Part shown: positions 43,178-51,208 of the stretch, piece after piece
Position numbering within the stretch: position 1 is the stretch's first letter
Layout: each line of letters begins with the position of its first letter
Source: Flavobacteriales bacterium
GTDB lineage: Bacteria > Bacteroidota > Bacteroidia > NS11-12g > UBA955
DNA length: 51,208 bases
Direction: 5' to 3'
Assembly (NCBI GenBank): GCA_947463435.1
Contig: CANHTS010000002.1
Coordinates: forward strand, 1-51,208
Notes under the pieces: model-generated
The model's database searches: none
What the model was told of the DNA's origin: nothing
Seen by the model: the letters and a program-made list of their open reading frames with translations, nothing else
Made by a program: the position numbers and the translations under genes

Positions 43178-44301
43178 AGGTGATTCTGGTTTGCGATGGC
43201 TTGTTTCCGCTGCAGATTGGCGGCATGCAGAAACACTCCACATTGCTGGCGCGCTACTTGTTGCGCGCCGGCGTGGAGCTGACGCTTGTGCACCCGCATA
43301 GCGACGATGAGGTTCAGCCGTTGTTTGCCGAAGAGGTTGCACAGCCCCGGCTGATCGCTGTTCCCTGGCCTTCTTCTCTGCCTTTTCCCGGTCATTATCT
43401 CTGGAAGAATTACCGCTACAGTGCCTTGGTGCGTGAAGCTTTGATCCAATCCGGGCAGCAGCCGGCGCCCGTTTATGTGCAAGGGTTTTCGGGTTGGAAG
43501 CTCATCAGCGAACCTATGCCTGATTTTCCGGTCTTGCTGAATTTCCACGGCCTGGAAATGTTCCAGCGTTTGCAGGGCACCCGAAACCGCTTGCAGGCGG
43601 CCATGTTGCGGCAGCCGGCCAGGAATCTCATGCGCGAGGCGGCAGGTGTGGTTTCGCTGGGCGGCAAACTGGCCGATATTATTCGCCGTGAAGCACCCAA
43701 TGCCCGCATCTTTACGCTTCCCGTCGGTATTGAAGCATCCTGGTGTGAAACCCCATTCAGGCCAAGCACTGAAAATCGCAATTTCCTTTTTGTAGGGCGT
43801 TACGAATGGCGGAAGGGCATAGCGCTGTTGCAGGAAGTAATACCCAGGGTTCTGGCAGTGAGTCCGGAAGCTAATTTCCGTTTCATTGGAGACATTCCGG
43901 CTCATTTGCAGCATAAGGATGCCCGCGTGCGGTATGAAGGCCCACTGCGCGATGAGAAGCTTATAAAGGAACTGTACGCAGCTTCCGATGTACTGCTTTG
44001 CCCTTCATGGTCTGAAGGCATGCCGACGGTTATTCACGAAGCAATGGCCAGCTGCCTGGCAGTGATAGCCAGCGATGTAGGTGGCGTTGCCGAGCAGGTT
44101 GATGACTCGAATGGTTTCTTGATGCAACCCGGCGATGCGATTGCCCTTGAAGCAGCTATTCTGGCCTGTTGCCGTTCGGAAGCGGGCAACCTGGACCAAC
44201 TCAGGCAACGATCGCGGGAAAAGGTGCAGCAGTTTTTCTGGCCACGTGTTGCGCAGCTTACGCTGGAGGCGCTTCGGGCGCCGGAGTTTTTACAGCGGTA
44301 A
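43174..44301 (+). CDS. GT4-family glycosyltransferase
   Basis: MKVILVCDGLFPLQIGGMQKH, FLFVGRYEWRKG, and SEGMPTVIHEAMASCLAVIASDVGG. ATGA overlap with the upstream gene. Confidence 0.85.
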   Translation: MKVILVCDGLFPLQIGGMQKHSTLLARYLLRAGVELTLVHPHSDDEVQPLFAEEVAQPRLIAVPWPSSLPFPGHYLWKNYRYSALVREALIQSGQQPAPVYVQGFSGWKLISEPMPDFPVLLNFHGLEMFQRLQGTRNRLQAAMLRQPARNLMREAAGVVSLGGKLADIIRREAPNARIFTLPVGIEASWCETPFRPSTENRNFLFVGRYEWRKGIALLQEVIPRVLAVSPEANFRFIGDIPAHLQHKDARVRYEGPLRDEKLIKELYAASDVLLCPSWSEGMPTVIHEAMASCLAVIASDVGGVAEQVDDSNGFLMQPGDAIALEAAILACCRSEAGNLDQLRQRSREKVQQFFWPRVAQLTLEALRAPEFLQR

Positions 44302-45619
44302 CAGCCGGCGGCTTGGCTTGGGGGTATTCCAACCATGGTACACGGAATTTTCCATCCGCGATTTTCTTGGTATAGTAATACATAAAAATAAAGAGGAAGA
44401 ACCCGTTCCCGAAATAGTGTCCTGTGCGCACCAGTCGCACGACAATGAGAATAAATATGCTCTGGTTGATGATATTAAGGTAGCGTAGTTTGGGGTTGCG
44501 GATATGTTTCTTCCCCATGAAGAAGCGCCACATAAAAATCATGATGGCACCCAGCCCGAAGAGTCCGGTTTCCGACATCAGCCTCAGGAACAGGCTGTTC
44601 GCATCGAATTTGTTGAAGGTACCAAAGCGTTCAATAAAATCGGGCGGGAAGTACTTGGCGAAGGTGATGTCGTAATTCACCGGGTGCGAACCGAGACCGG
44701 AGCCGAGAAAGGGGTTGCGCACGAAAGATTCTTGGGCGATGATATAATTGGTATAAAGGGCAAACGTGCTGGAGTTTACTTCTGAAATGGCTTTCACATC
44801 TGGTTCACCGCCCTGGAAAAGGCTGAGCGTATCGTCTACCCGCACCTGGAACTCGCTGAGCACATCCTTGAGGTTGTTGTAGAACGTGATACCAAGGATG
44901 ATGATAACCGGAGCAATGAGCAGGCGCGCCTGCCCGCGGAGCAAAGAAAAGTAGTCGGCGCTCCACATGTACATGAATACAATCAGGGCCAGCCCGATAT
45001 AACCGGCAGAGGAAAAGGTAAAGAGAAAACAGAGGCCGATTGCACCGAGGTGGACCCAGTTTCGAAAAACGGCGCGGTAGGTCTTTTCGTTTAGGAACCG
45101 GTACGTCTGGAAGTACAAGGCAGGCAATAGGGCCACCGCAAGGAAGTAAGGTTCACCCATCACCGAGTAAATCCGGAAAAACCCATTGCTCGTTTGCTTG
45201 ATTTTATCCGTGATCGCGATGCCCTGCAGGAGGAACACCTCTGTTATCAATCCCCACAGTGCAACGTAAAAGGCAAGTTGCATGTAGCGGTTAAAGAGGG
45301 CTTCTATTTTGAAGTCGTTCGTTTTCAATAGCAAGAAGAAGGCCATTGCCGAATAGGTAATCCCAAGGATCTGCTTGAGCAGGTGCATACCGAGGGTTCC
45401 ATAAACCACATTCGTTAGAAAACTGGTGATATAGAGAATCAGCATGAAGTTGAGAAACCATTTAGGGACGAGCCGGATGGTTTGCTTGCTGAATACCACA
45501 TACACAATAAAAACCAGGTAGATGAGGTAATAATAGTAGAAGTCGAAAGGCTGCCTGAAGAAATAAAAGTCGTCCATGAAAATGGAGCAACACATCAGCA
45601 GGGTGAGGATACGCAACAT
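44258..45619 (-). CDS. O-antigen ligase / polymerase-like (Wzy_C-type) polytopic membrane protein
   Basis: 453 aa with at least 10 hydrophobic segments. A large loop carries FLGSGLGSHPVNYD...ANSLFLRLMSETGLFGLG. The gene is visibly more AT-rich than its neighbours. The Pro/Ala-rich tail overlaps the convergent GT4 gene by 44 nt. Confidence 0.68.
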   Translation of the reverse strand: MLRILTLLMCCSIFMDDFYFFRQPFDFYYYYLIYLVFIVYVVFSKQTIRLVPKWFLNFMLILYITSFLTNVVYGTLGMHLLKQILGITYSAMAFFLLLKTNDFKIEALFNRYMQLAFYVALWGLITEVFLLQGIAITDKIKQTSNGFFRIYSVMGEPYFLAVALLPALYFQTYRFLNEKTYRAVFRNWVHLGAIGLCFLFTFSSAGYIGLALIVFMYMWSADYFSLLRGQARLLIAPVIIILGITFYNNLKDVLSEFQVRVDDTLSLFQGGEPDVKAISEVNSSTFALYTNYIIAQESFVRNPFLGSGLGSHPVNYDITFAKYFPPDFIERFGTFNKFDANSLFLRLMSETGLFGLGAIMIFMWRFFMGKKHIRNPKLRYLNIINQSIFILIVVRLVRTGHYFGNGFFLFIFMYYYTKKIADGKFRVPWLEYPQAKPPAVTAVKTPAPEAPPA

Positions 45620-45623
45620 GCTT

Positions 45624-46502
45624 TTAAACCAGATTCAAAAACATGCGTTGGTTAAATGCCTCGCGCTGCGCGCTCCAGCGTTTCCACTCGAATCGGCTGC
45701 AGGCAAAATCGATGGCTCCTGCTTTCCAGAACAGCTCCATGTTTACACGGCGTATAAATAGCGGATTTGGTTGATCGGAGTTACTGCCGGGGAAAGTACT
45801 GTGGAAGAACCGGATATGCGGTTTCAGCAATTCCATGTGGCGTTCGGAGGTGCTGAATAGGCTGTCGAAGGGCGCGCAGAAATGCACAGGGCGCACACCG
45901 GTATCTTCTTCTATGGCCTCGATGGCACCAATGGTCTCTTTTTCCAGTTTATCATCGGAATCATCGGCGCGCATGGTATGCGAAAAGCTATGTGCTCCGA
46001 TGGTATGCCCGCGTGCTGCCCAATTCCGAAGTTCTTCAGCGCTAAGTGCCTGAACTTCTTCGTCTCCGCCATCCAGCCCGGCATGCGGTTGTTGCCTGAT
46101 ATGTTTGCGGTAATAGGCTTCCTGTTCCGCGCGTGGGAAGCGGTAGAAATCAGGCACCACGAATAAGAGCCCGCGCGCGTCGTGTTGTTCCAGCACTTCG
46201 AGTGCATGGCGGTTATTGCGCAGACCGTCGTCGAACGTAAAGACCACACCCGGTTTGTCGGGGTTGGGTAAGTTGTCTTTTTCCCCGTAAAACGTTTCAA
46301 AGACATCGGGCGAATACAGGGTATAGTCGCTTTTCAGATCGCGGAGCCAGCGGTCGAATTTCGGCATGAAGCGTTCGGGCGTGCTGTGCAGGTTGAACAC
46401 GAGCAAGTCGCCCGCTGCATGGGGCCTGCCTTCGATGAGGCGCAGCATGCGACCGGCGGCGGCTTTCAGTTGGTGGCTCCTGTTGTACATCGTTTTGTGC
46501 AT
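45624..46502 (-). CDS. Polysaccharide deacetylase (NodB homology domain)
   Basis: VVFTFDDGLRNN, LLFVVPDF, and GHTIGAHSFSH. ATG 46502 (TAATG overlap with the upstream GNAT stop) is preferred over the track start 46538. Confidence 0.84.
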   Translation of the reverse strand: MHKTMYNRSHQLKAAAGRMLRLIEGRPHAAGDLLVFNLHSTPERFMPKFDRWLRDLKSDYTLYSPDVFETFYGEKDNLPNPDKPGVVFTFDDGLRNNRHALEVLEQHDARGLLFVVPDFYRFPRAEQEAYYRKHIRQQPHAGLDGGDEEVQALSAEELRNWAARGHTIGAHSFSHTMRADDSDDKLEKETIGAIEAIEEDTGVRPVHFCAPFDSLFSTSERHMELLKPHIRFFHSTFPGSNSDQPNPLFIRRVNMELFWKAGAIDFACSRFEWKRWSAQREAFNQRMFLNLV

Positions 46503-47449
46503 TACCAGGTTTCCATGTCGGCGCGCCAGATATTCCATTCTTCCGGCCGGGCGTAGTAGTCGTGTTGGCCGTAGTGCTTGGCGATGAAGTGCACTTTCTT
46601 CCCGCTGCGGAAAAAGCGCGCGCGCACAGCTTGAACGGCCTGATCCTGGCAGGAGATATTCACGGCCGCGCTGGTCATGGCAACACTGCCTTCGGCGCGC
46701 AATTGGCGGATGAACAGTTTCAGGAATGCACGGATATCGAAGGATTCGGCTTCCCCGCCATAAATTTTTCCAATAACGGCTTCGTTCAAGCCCATGCGTT
46801 GCTGGATGCGGAAAACCAGGCTGATTGGCTTTTCATCTATCAGCGCATGGAACCAGTAATCAGGCCATTCCGGACTGAAATCTTTCCGGTACTTCCAGAA
46901 ATCGGCATCGGCTGCTGTTTGCAGAAAACCTGTGGCTCCGGGCAAATTATCAGGCGCTGTAGAGGAAAAGCCTTCAGCGCTGAATGTCTTGCGGAAAATG
47001 GCGAGCGGGTTTACCGGCGCCACAAACCAATCGAGGTCAAAAACATTCTTCCAGCCTTGTTTTTCAAAACCAGGTTTCGATACCGGAACCGGAAAGCCAA
47101 ACAGGCATGAGACGCCTGCCGCTGCGGCCTGGCGGTCGAGTTCTGCGAGCATCTTCCCAAATACACCTTTGCCCCTGAAGGCAGGATCGACTACGAGTCC
47201 GACCATCTGACCTGCGCCCGTTTCACGGCCCATGTAGGCAAGCGGCCAATGCACCCACGAAATACAGCCGGCGAGTTTGTTGCCTTCCCTTGCAATGATG
47301 ATGCGGTTGCGCCCGGTCTGGTAATAGTTCTCGTGCAGCGCAACGAAGCGGGTTTCAAACCAGCTGTGCATGTATGGATATTCCTGCACGGTAAGGTCAA
47401 TTACCTGCTGTCTCCATTCCGCGCTGTATACTTGAACCTCGATAGACAT
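46502..47449 (-). CDS. Two-domain GNAT-family acyltransferase (FemAB/BioF2-like architecture possible)
   Basis: The N-terminal GNAT core is IIIAREGNKLAGCISW...GLVVDPAFRGKGVFGKMLAEL. It is followed by about 170 further residues ending WNIWRADMETW. ATG 47449 (MSIEVQVY) is preferred. Confidence 0.72.
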   Translation of the reverse strand: MSIEVQVYSAEWRQQVIDLTVQEYPYMHSWFETRFVALHENYYQTGRNRIIIAREGNKLAGCISWVHWPLAYMGRETGAGQMVGLVVDPAFRGKGVFGKMLAELDRQAAAAGVSCLFGFPVPVSKPGFEKQGWKNVFDLDWFVAPVNPLAIFRKTFSAEGFSSTAPDNLPGATGFLQTAADADFWKYRKDFSPEWPDYWFHALIDEKPISLVFRIQQRMGLNEAVIGKIYGGEAESFDIRAFLKLFIRQLRAEGSVAMTSAAVNISCQDQAVQAVRARFFRSGKKVHFIAKHYGQHDYYARPEEWNIWRADMETW

Positions 47450-47470
47450 GGCCGTTGGCTGAATTCTATG

Positions 47471-47478
47471 CAAAGCTA
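47471..47478 (-). promoter_or_regulatory. Candidate -7 promoter box (TAGCTTTG) for the inverted three-gene block
   Basis: The minus strand reads tgTAGCTTTGcatag..., an exact TAnnTTTG match 21 nt upstream of ATG 47449, in the divergent gap. Confidence 0.3.
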
Positions 47479-47496
47479 CAAGAGAGGGAACGGGTT

Positions 47497-48585
47497 ATGG
47501 TGCTGAATTCTTCGGAAAGCATTAAAGTGGCGGTGGTTTTCAGGGAGCTGGCTCCCTATATCCTCGCCTGTTTTCGTGAAACTGCGCGGATGTCGGGCCA
47601 TACACTGCGGATATTCTGCCTGCCGGTAAATGCTGAAGCGCCTTTCGATTTCGGCGATCAGCCCGGGCTGGAAATTGTAAACCGCAGCGGCTGGAGCAGT
47701 GGGCAATTGTTCAACGCTATCGCCGAAGGCAAACCCGATCTGGTTTTTGTGGCCGACTGGACCAATCCGGCGGTTTTGCTGGCGGCCTTCCGCCTGCGCC
47801 GGCAATGCACGGTGATCACCGGTTTCGACAACCACTGGAAAGGCGGTTGGAAGCAGCAGGTATTTTCCCTTGGTGCATCGATCGTTTTTCCGCGCATTTT
47901 CCGCGGGGTTTTCATTCCCGGTGAACCGCAACGCGAGATGGCACACCGCATGGGTTTCCGCGACGCCCGCATCCGCACCGGTGCCTATTCCGCAGACACC
48001 GCCTTGTTCGACGCTTATTACGAACGCAGTTTCCAACAGCGCATGGAGCGTTTTCCGCACCGTTTCCTTTGCGTGGCGCGCTATATACCCGCCAAGGGAC
48101 TGGACATCCTTTGGGAAGCCTTCATACGCGCTAGGGAAGCCACGGGCAGCGATTGGGAATTATGGTGTGCCGGTGCCGGCGAAGGCTGGGAACAGCGCAG
48201 GGAACATCCGGCCATCCGCCACCTGGGTTTTCTGCAACCCGCGCAACTGGAAGACATCATCACAGCTACCGGCGTTTTTGTCTTGCCCAGCCTTTTCGAA
48301 CCCTGGGGCGTGGTGGTGCACGAATACGCCCGCGCCGGTTTCCCCTTGGTGCTGAGTCGTGAAGTGGGTGCCGCTTCGCAATTTCTGGAAGACGGCCGCA
48401 ATGGTTATAGCGTTCCGGCCGGCGATGTGGATGCCCTCGAAGCTGCCCTTATAAAGGTTATGAATAGCGATGAAAAGCGCCTTAAAGACATGGCCGAGAT
48501 AAGCCGTGCAAAAGGCCTGGAGCTCTCACCTGAACACTGGGCTGCACAGATCTTGTCGTTTTGTGCAAAGAAAACTGCGGAATGA
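47497..48585 (+). CDS. GT4-family glycosyltransferase
   Basis: FLCVARYIPAKGLD and EX7E PSLFEPWGVVVHEYARAGFPLV. ATG 47497 is preferred over the TTG at 47455. Confidence 0.84.
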   Translation: MVLNSSESIKVAVVFRELAPYILACFRETARMSGHTLRIFCLPVNAEAPFDFGDQPGLEIVNRSGWSSGQLFNAIAEGKPDLVFVADWTNPAVLLAAFRLRRQCTVITGFDNHWKGGWKQQVFSLGASIVFPRIFRGVFIPGEPQREMAHRMGFRDARIRTGAYSADTALFDAYYERSFQQRMERFPHRFLCVARYIPAKGLDILWEAFIRAREATGSDWELWCAGAGEGWEQRREHPAIRHLGFLQPAQLEDIITATGVFVLPSLFEPWGVVVHEYARAGFPLVLSREVGAASQFLEDGRNGYSVPAGDVDALEAALIKVMNSDEKRLKDMAEISRAKGLELSPEHWAAQILSFCAKKTAE

Positions 48586-48615
48586 TGCACGCCATAAAGC
48601 AATTTCGCAGTAGGA

Positions 48616-50475
48616 ATGTGCGGCATTAACGGCATAGCAGGAGTACACGACACTTTCCGGCTGAACGATCGGCTGGTGCATATGAACAGCGCGATCTCGC
48701 ACCGCGGTCCCGACGACAGAGGAACTTTCAGCGTTCCGGGTTGCGGACTTGGGCAGGTGCGGCTCTCGATTATCGACCTCAGCAAGGAAGGTCATCAGCC
48801 CATGATCAGCGCCTCCGGCCGCTATACCCTTGTATTCAATGGCGAAGTGTACAACTTCAATGAGTTGAAGAAAGAACTCGCCGATTACCCTTATAAGAGC
48901 CGCACCGATACCGAAGTCATCCTCGCCGCTCTCGAACGCTGGGGCAAGGACGCTTTCAAGCGTTTTCACGGCATGTTCGCCTTGGGGATATGGGACAACA
49001 AGGAAGAAACCCTCACCCTGGTACGCGATCATACCGGCAAGAAACCCATTTACTACACCGGCGGCGGTTCAGCGCCATTCGTTTTCAGTTCTGAATTGCG
49101 CGGCATATTGCAATCGGGTTGGTACGAAGGGAAGATTGATTCGCGTGCCCTGGCGGAGTTCTTCGCCTACCAGACCGTCCACGCGCCCAATACCATTCTC
49201 GACGGCGTGCGCGAGCTGATGCCCGGCCAGATGCTGGTATACCGGAAAGGCGAGATACAACTGGAATATTTTTACCATCTCAACGACGCCCGTCACACCT
49301 ATAAAACCACCGGTCCATACCACCGCGTCAAGGCCGACGTAAAGCGCCTGCTCACCGAAGCCGTGGAGAAGCGCATGGTGAGCGATGTGCCGCTCGGAAC
49401 CTTTCTCTCCGGCGGCATCGACAGCAGCATCATCACCGCGCTGGCTTCGCAGTTCCGCCCGGGCGAGCTGCAGACTTTCAATATTGCTTTTGAAGAGGAG
49501 GCGTTCAGCGAAGCGCCCATCGCCCGCATGGTGGCCAAGCGCTACAATACCCGCCACCACGAAATCATCATCCCGACAGCCAGCCTGGAGGAAGAGGTGG
49601 TGCGCGCCCTCGACGCGATGGATTTTCCCACCACCGATGGCGTGAATACCTACGTGGTAGCCGGAGCAGCCAAACGGGCCGGTATGACGGTCGCCCTTTC
49701 AGGTCTCGGCGGCGACGAAGTATTCGGCGGTTATTGGATGTTCCCCCTGGCCCAGCGCCTGCACCGTTACCGCATGCTGGGCAAGGTGCCTGCTTCCATG
49801 CGCACGGCTGTAGCCGCCGCTGCACGCCGCTTCAAGCCGGGAACGCGGACGGAGAAACTGTACCAGATTCTGCGGCAGCCCGACCTTAACCTGGCTTCCT
49901 GGTATCCGCACATGCGGCGCATCACCGATGCCGAACGCCTGCGCAACCTCATCAGCGCCGAACCGTATCCGACCGCGGCTCAAACATTGGCGGGCATCGC
50001 TTCGCAAGGGCAGGTGATCAGCGAGGTTTCGCTGGCCGAACTCGGTACGTATTTGCCGAATATCCTCTTGCGCGACAGCGATCAGATGGGCATGGCACAC
50101 GCATTTGAAATCCGCTGCCCCTTCCTCGACCTTCCTCTGCTCGAATACGTACTTTCCCTGCCCGACGCCTTCAAACCTGTGCGTCCGGGAAAGAAACTCC
50201 TGCTCGACACCTTCGGCGATATGTTGCCGGAAGAGGTGTACAAGCGCCAGAAGATGGGTTTCACTTTCCCCTGGGAGATCTGGTTGCGCGGTCCGCTGCG
50301 TGCCTTTGCCGAAGAGAACATCCGCGCCTTGCAAGCCGTTCCGCTCATCAACGCCCCGGCTGTGGAAGCACTCTGGCAGCGTTTCCTGCAGGGCGACCGC
50401 AGCCTGTCATGGGCCCGGGTTTGGATTTTTGTGGTGATGGGCCATTACATCCGCCGCCACAAGCTGCATATTTAA
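48616..50475 (+). CDS. Asparagine synthase (glutamine-hydrolysing)-like amidotransferase, second copy
   Basis: MCGINGI, HRGPDD, NGEVYNF, and PP-loop FLSGGIDSS. 619 aa. Confidence 0.88.
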   Translation: MCGINGIAGVHDTFRLNDRLVHMNSAISHRGPDDRGTFSVPGCGLGQVRLSIIDLSKEGHQPMISASGRYTLVFNGEVYNFNELKKELADYPYKSRTDTEVILAALERWGKDAFKRFHGMFALGIWDNKEETLTLVRDHTGKKPIYYTGGGSAPFVFSSELRGILQSGWYEGKIDSRALAEFFAYQTVHAPNTILDGVRELMPGQMLVYRKGEIQLEYFYHLNDARHTYKTTGPYHRVKADVKRLLTEAVEKRMVSDVPLGTFLSGGIDSSIITALASQFRPGELQTFNIAFEEEAFSEAPIARMVAKRYNTRHHEIIIPTASLEEEVVRALDAMDFPTTDGVNTYVVAGAAKRAGMTVALSGLGGDEVFGGYWMFPLAQRLHRYRMLGKVPASMRTAVAAAARRFKPGTRTEKLYQILRQPDLNLASWYPHMRRITDAERLRNLISAEPYPTAAQTLAGIASQGQVISEVSLAELGTYLPNILLRDSDQMGMAHAFEIRCPFLDLPLLEYVLSLPDAFKPVRPGKKLLLDTFGDMLPEEVYKRQKMGFTFPWEIWLRGPLRAFAEENIRALQAVPLINAPAVEALWQRFLQGDRSLSWARVWIFVVMGHYIRRHKLHI

Positions 50476-50485
50476 AAACACGCTC

Positions 50486-51208
50486 ATGGACAGCCAGCGC
50501 CCTTCCGACCGGGTTCCGCATATCCTCATCTTCATCGATTGGTATGAACCCGCTTTCCGCGCCGGCGGTCCGGTACGCAGTGTCGTGAACCTGGTTTCCC
50601 GCCTCAGCGGCCGCTATCGTTTTTCGGTCATTGCCTCTGCATTCGACTACGGAAATCCGCAAGCCATGGCCCAGGTGCCGCATGACCAATGGGTGGAACG
50701 CCAGCACGGCGAAAAGGTAAAATACTGTTCCAAACTGGGCTTTCGCGCCTGTTATTGCGCCATCCGAGACAGCCATTGCGATCGGGTGTATATCCAGAGT
50801 ATGTTTTCGCCGCGCTATGGCATTTTCCCCTTGCTGGCCGCCAGGCTGCTGGGCAAGAAAGTGATCGTGGCGCCGCGCGGCATGCTGCATCCTACTGCCT
50901 TGGCCATCAAACGCCGAAGGAAGCTGGCCTTTTTGCGGATAGCCCGCTTCCTGGGCTTGTATCGCGGTGTCGTATTCCAGGCGGTTGACAATTGGGAAGC
51001 AGATTTTGTGAAGGAGCAATTCCCGCGCAACCGGGTGTTTCGCGCTACCAATATGGCAGCCCTGCCCGGACAGCGGGATCCTGCCGTGCGGAAATATCCG
51101 GATACGCTGCGGCTGGTGAGCGTAGCCCGCATTTCCCCCGAAAAAAACAACCTCTTCCTGCTGCGGATGCTGTCGCAGTTGCCTTTTCCTGTTGAAGCCG
51201 ATATCTAC
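50486..51208 (+). CDS. GT4-family glycosyltransferase, N-terminal part (runs off the window)
   Basis: The frame is open from ATG 50486 to the window end (241 codons), so it is not in the ORF track. MDSQRPSDRVPHILIFIDWYEPAFRAGGPVRSVVNLV... and ..LVSVARISPEKNN are typical of a Bacteroidota GT4 subfamily. Confidence 0.8.
   Translation, partial: MDSQRPSDRVPHILIFIDWYEPAFRAGGPVRSVVNLVSRLSGRYRFSVIASAFDYGNPQAMAQVPHDQWVERQHGEKVKYCSKLGFRACYCAIRDSHCDRVYIQSMFSPRYGIFPLLAARLLGKKVIVAPRGMLHPTALAIKRRRKLAFLRIARFLGLYRGVVFQAVDNWEADFVKEQFPRNRVFRATNMAALPGQRDPAVRKYPDTLRLVSVARISPEKNNLFLLRMLSQLPFPVEADIY

Noticed and set aside
44258-44301. A 44-nt convergent overlap between the GT4 gene 43174-44301 and the ligase-like gene, a possible antisense regulatory arrangement.
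   Set aside because: The overlapped part of the minus-strand gene is a low-complexity Pro/Ala tail after the last TM segment. It may be a fortuitous extension to the first stop, and there is no independent signal.
40231-44301. PIG-L deacetylase next to GT4 genes, which could be read as a bacillithiol/mycothiol-like (BshA/BshB) thiol pathway.
   Set aside because: No BshC/MshC-type cysteine ligase is present. The genes are embedded and translationally coupled in a polysaccharide operon, where PIG-L enzymes commonly deacetylate sugar intermediates.
1-51208. A search by eye for CRISPR arrays, tRNA/rRNA genes, IS elements, transposases, integrases, and long direct or inverted repeats flanking the inverted block.
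   Set aside because: Nothing of the kind was found. The only nucleotide-level repeats seen are the 21-nt MBOAT junction and the diverged GT2 duplication. A computational repeat and ncRNA scan would be needed to be sure.

Overview
The window is about 51 kb and moderately GC-rich. It is almost certainly Bacteroidota: it has a UpxY-type NusG paralog, TAnnTTTG -7 boxes and a GT4 protein with the N-terminus FIDWYEPAFRAGGPVRS. The left edge (1-800, minus strand) is housekeeping: a partial FtsX/LolE-type permease and rbfA. Everything from about 885 to the right edge is one very large, tightly packed surface-polysaccharide locus of O-antigen or capsule type. Most of it is on the + strand with many ATGA/TGATG stop-start overlaps; one three-gene block (44258-47449) is inverted.

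Recognisable content:
- a wHTH regulator, a UpxY antiterminator and Wzm/Wzt ABC export, with a Wzt C-terminal glycan-binding domain
- a pseudaminic-acid cassette (pseB, pseC, pseF, pseG, pseI) in which an Fmt-type formyltransferase occupies the place of PseH
- a second nonulosonic-acid cassette (NeuB/NeuC/NeuA-like)
- a WbpB/D/E-like 2,3-diamino-uronate triad
- five amidotransferase-type genes: two AsnB-like, two WbuX/PseA-type PP-loop enzymes (one fused to a class-II glutaminase domain), and HisH/HisF paralogs
- two tandem MBOAT plus SGNH-like O-acylation modules
- a GT2 / SAM-methyltransferase / GT-C triad
- two deacetylases (PIG-L and NodB) and a two-domain GNAT
- an O-antigen-ligase-like membrane protein
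- about a dozen glycosyltransferases and one decayed GT2 paralog

I found no rRNA, tRNA, CRISPR array, transposase or integrase. I did not find a self-contained system of completely unknown type. The novelty candidates are unusual enzyme substitutions and fusions plus three uncharacterised ORFs embedded in the locus.

All functional calls come from motif and family recognition by eye. No database search was run, and start codons are often non-ATG and inferred from stop-start coupling.
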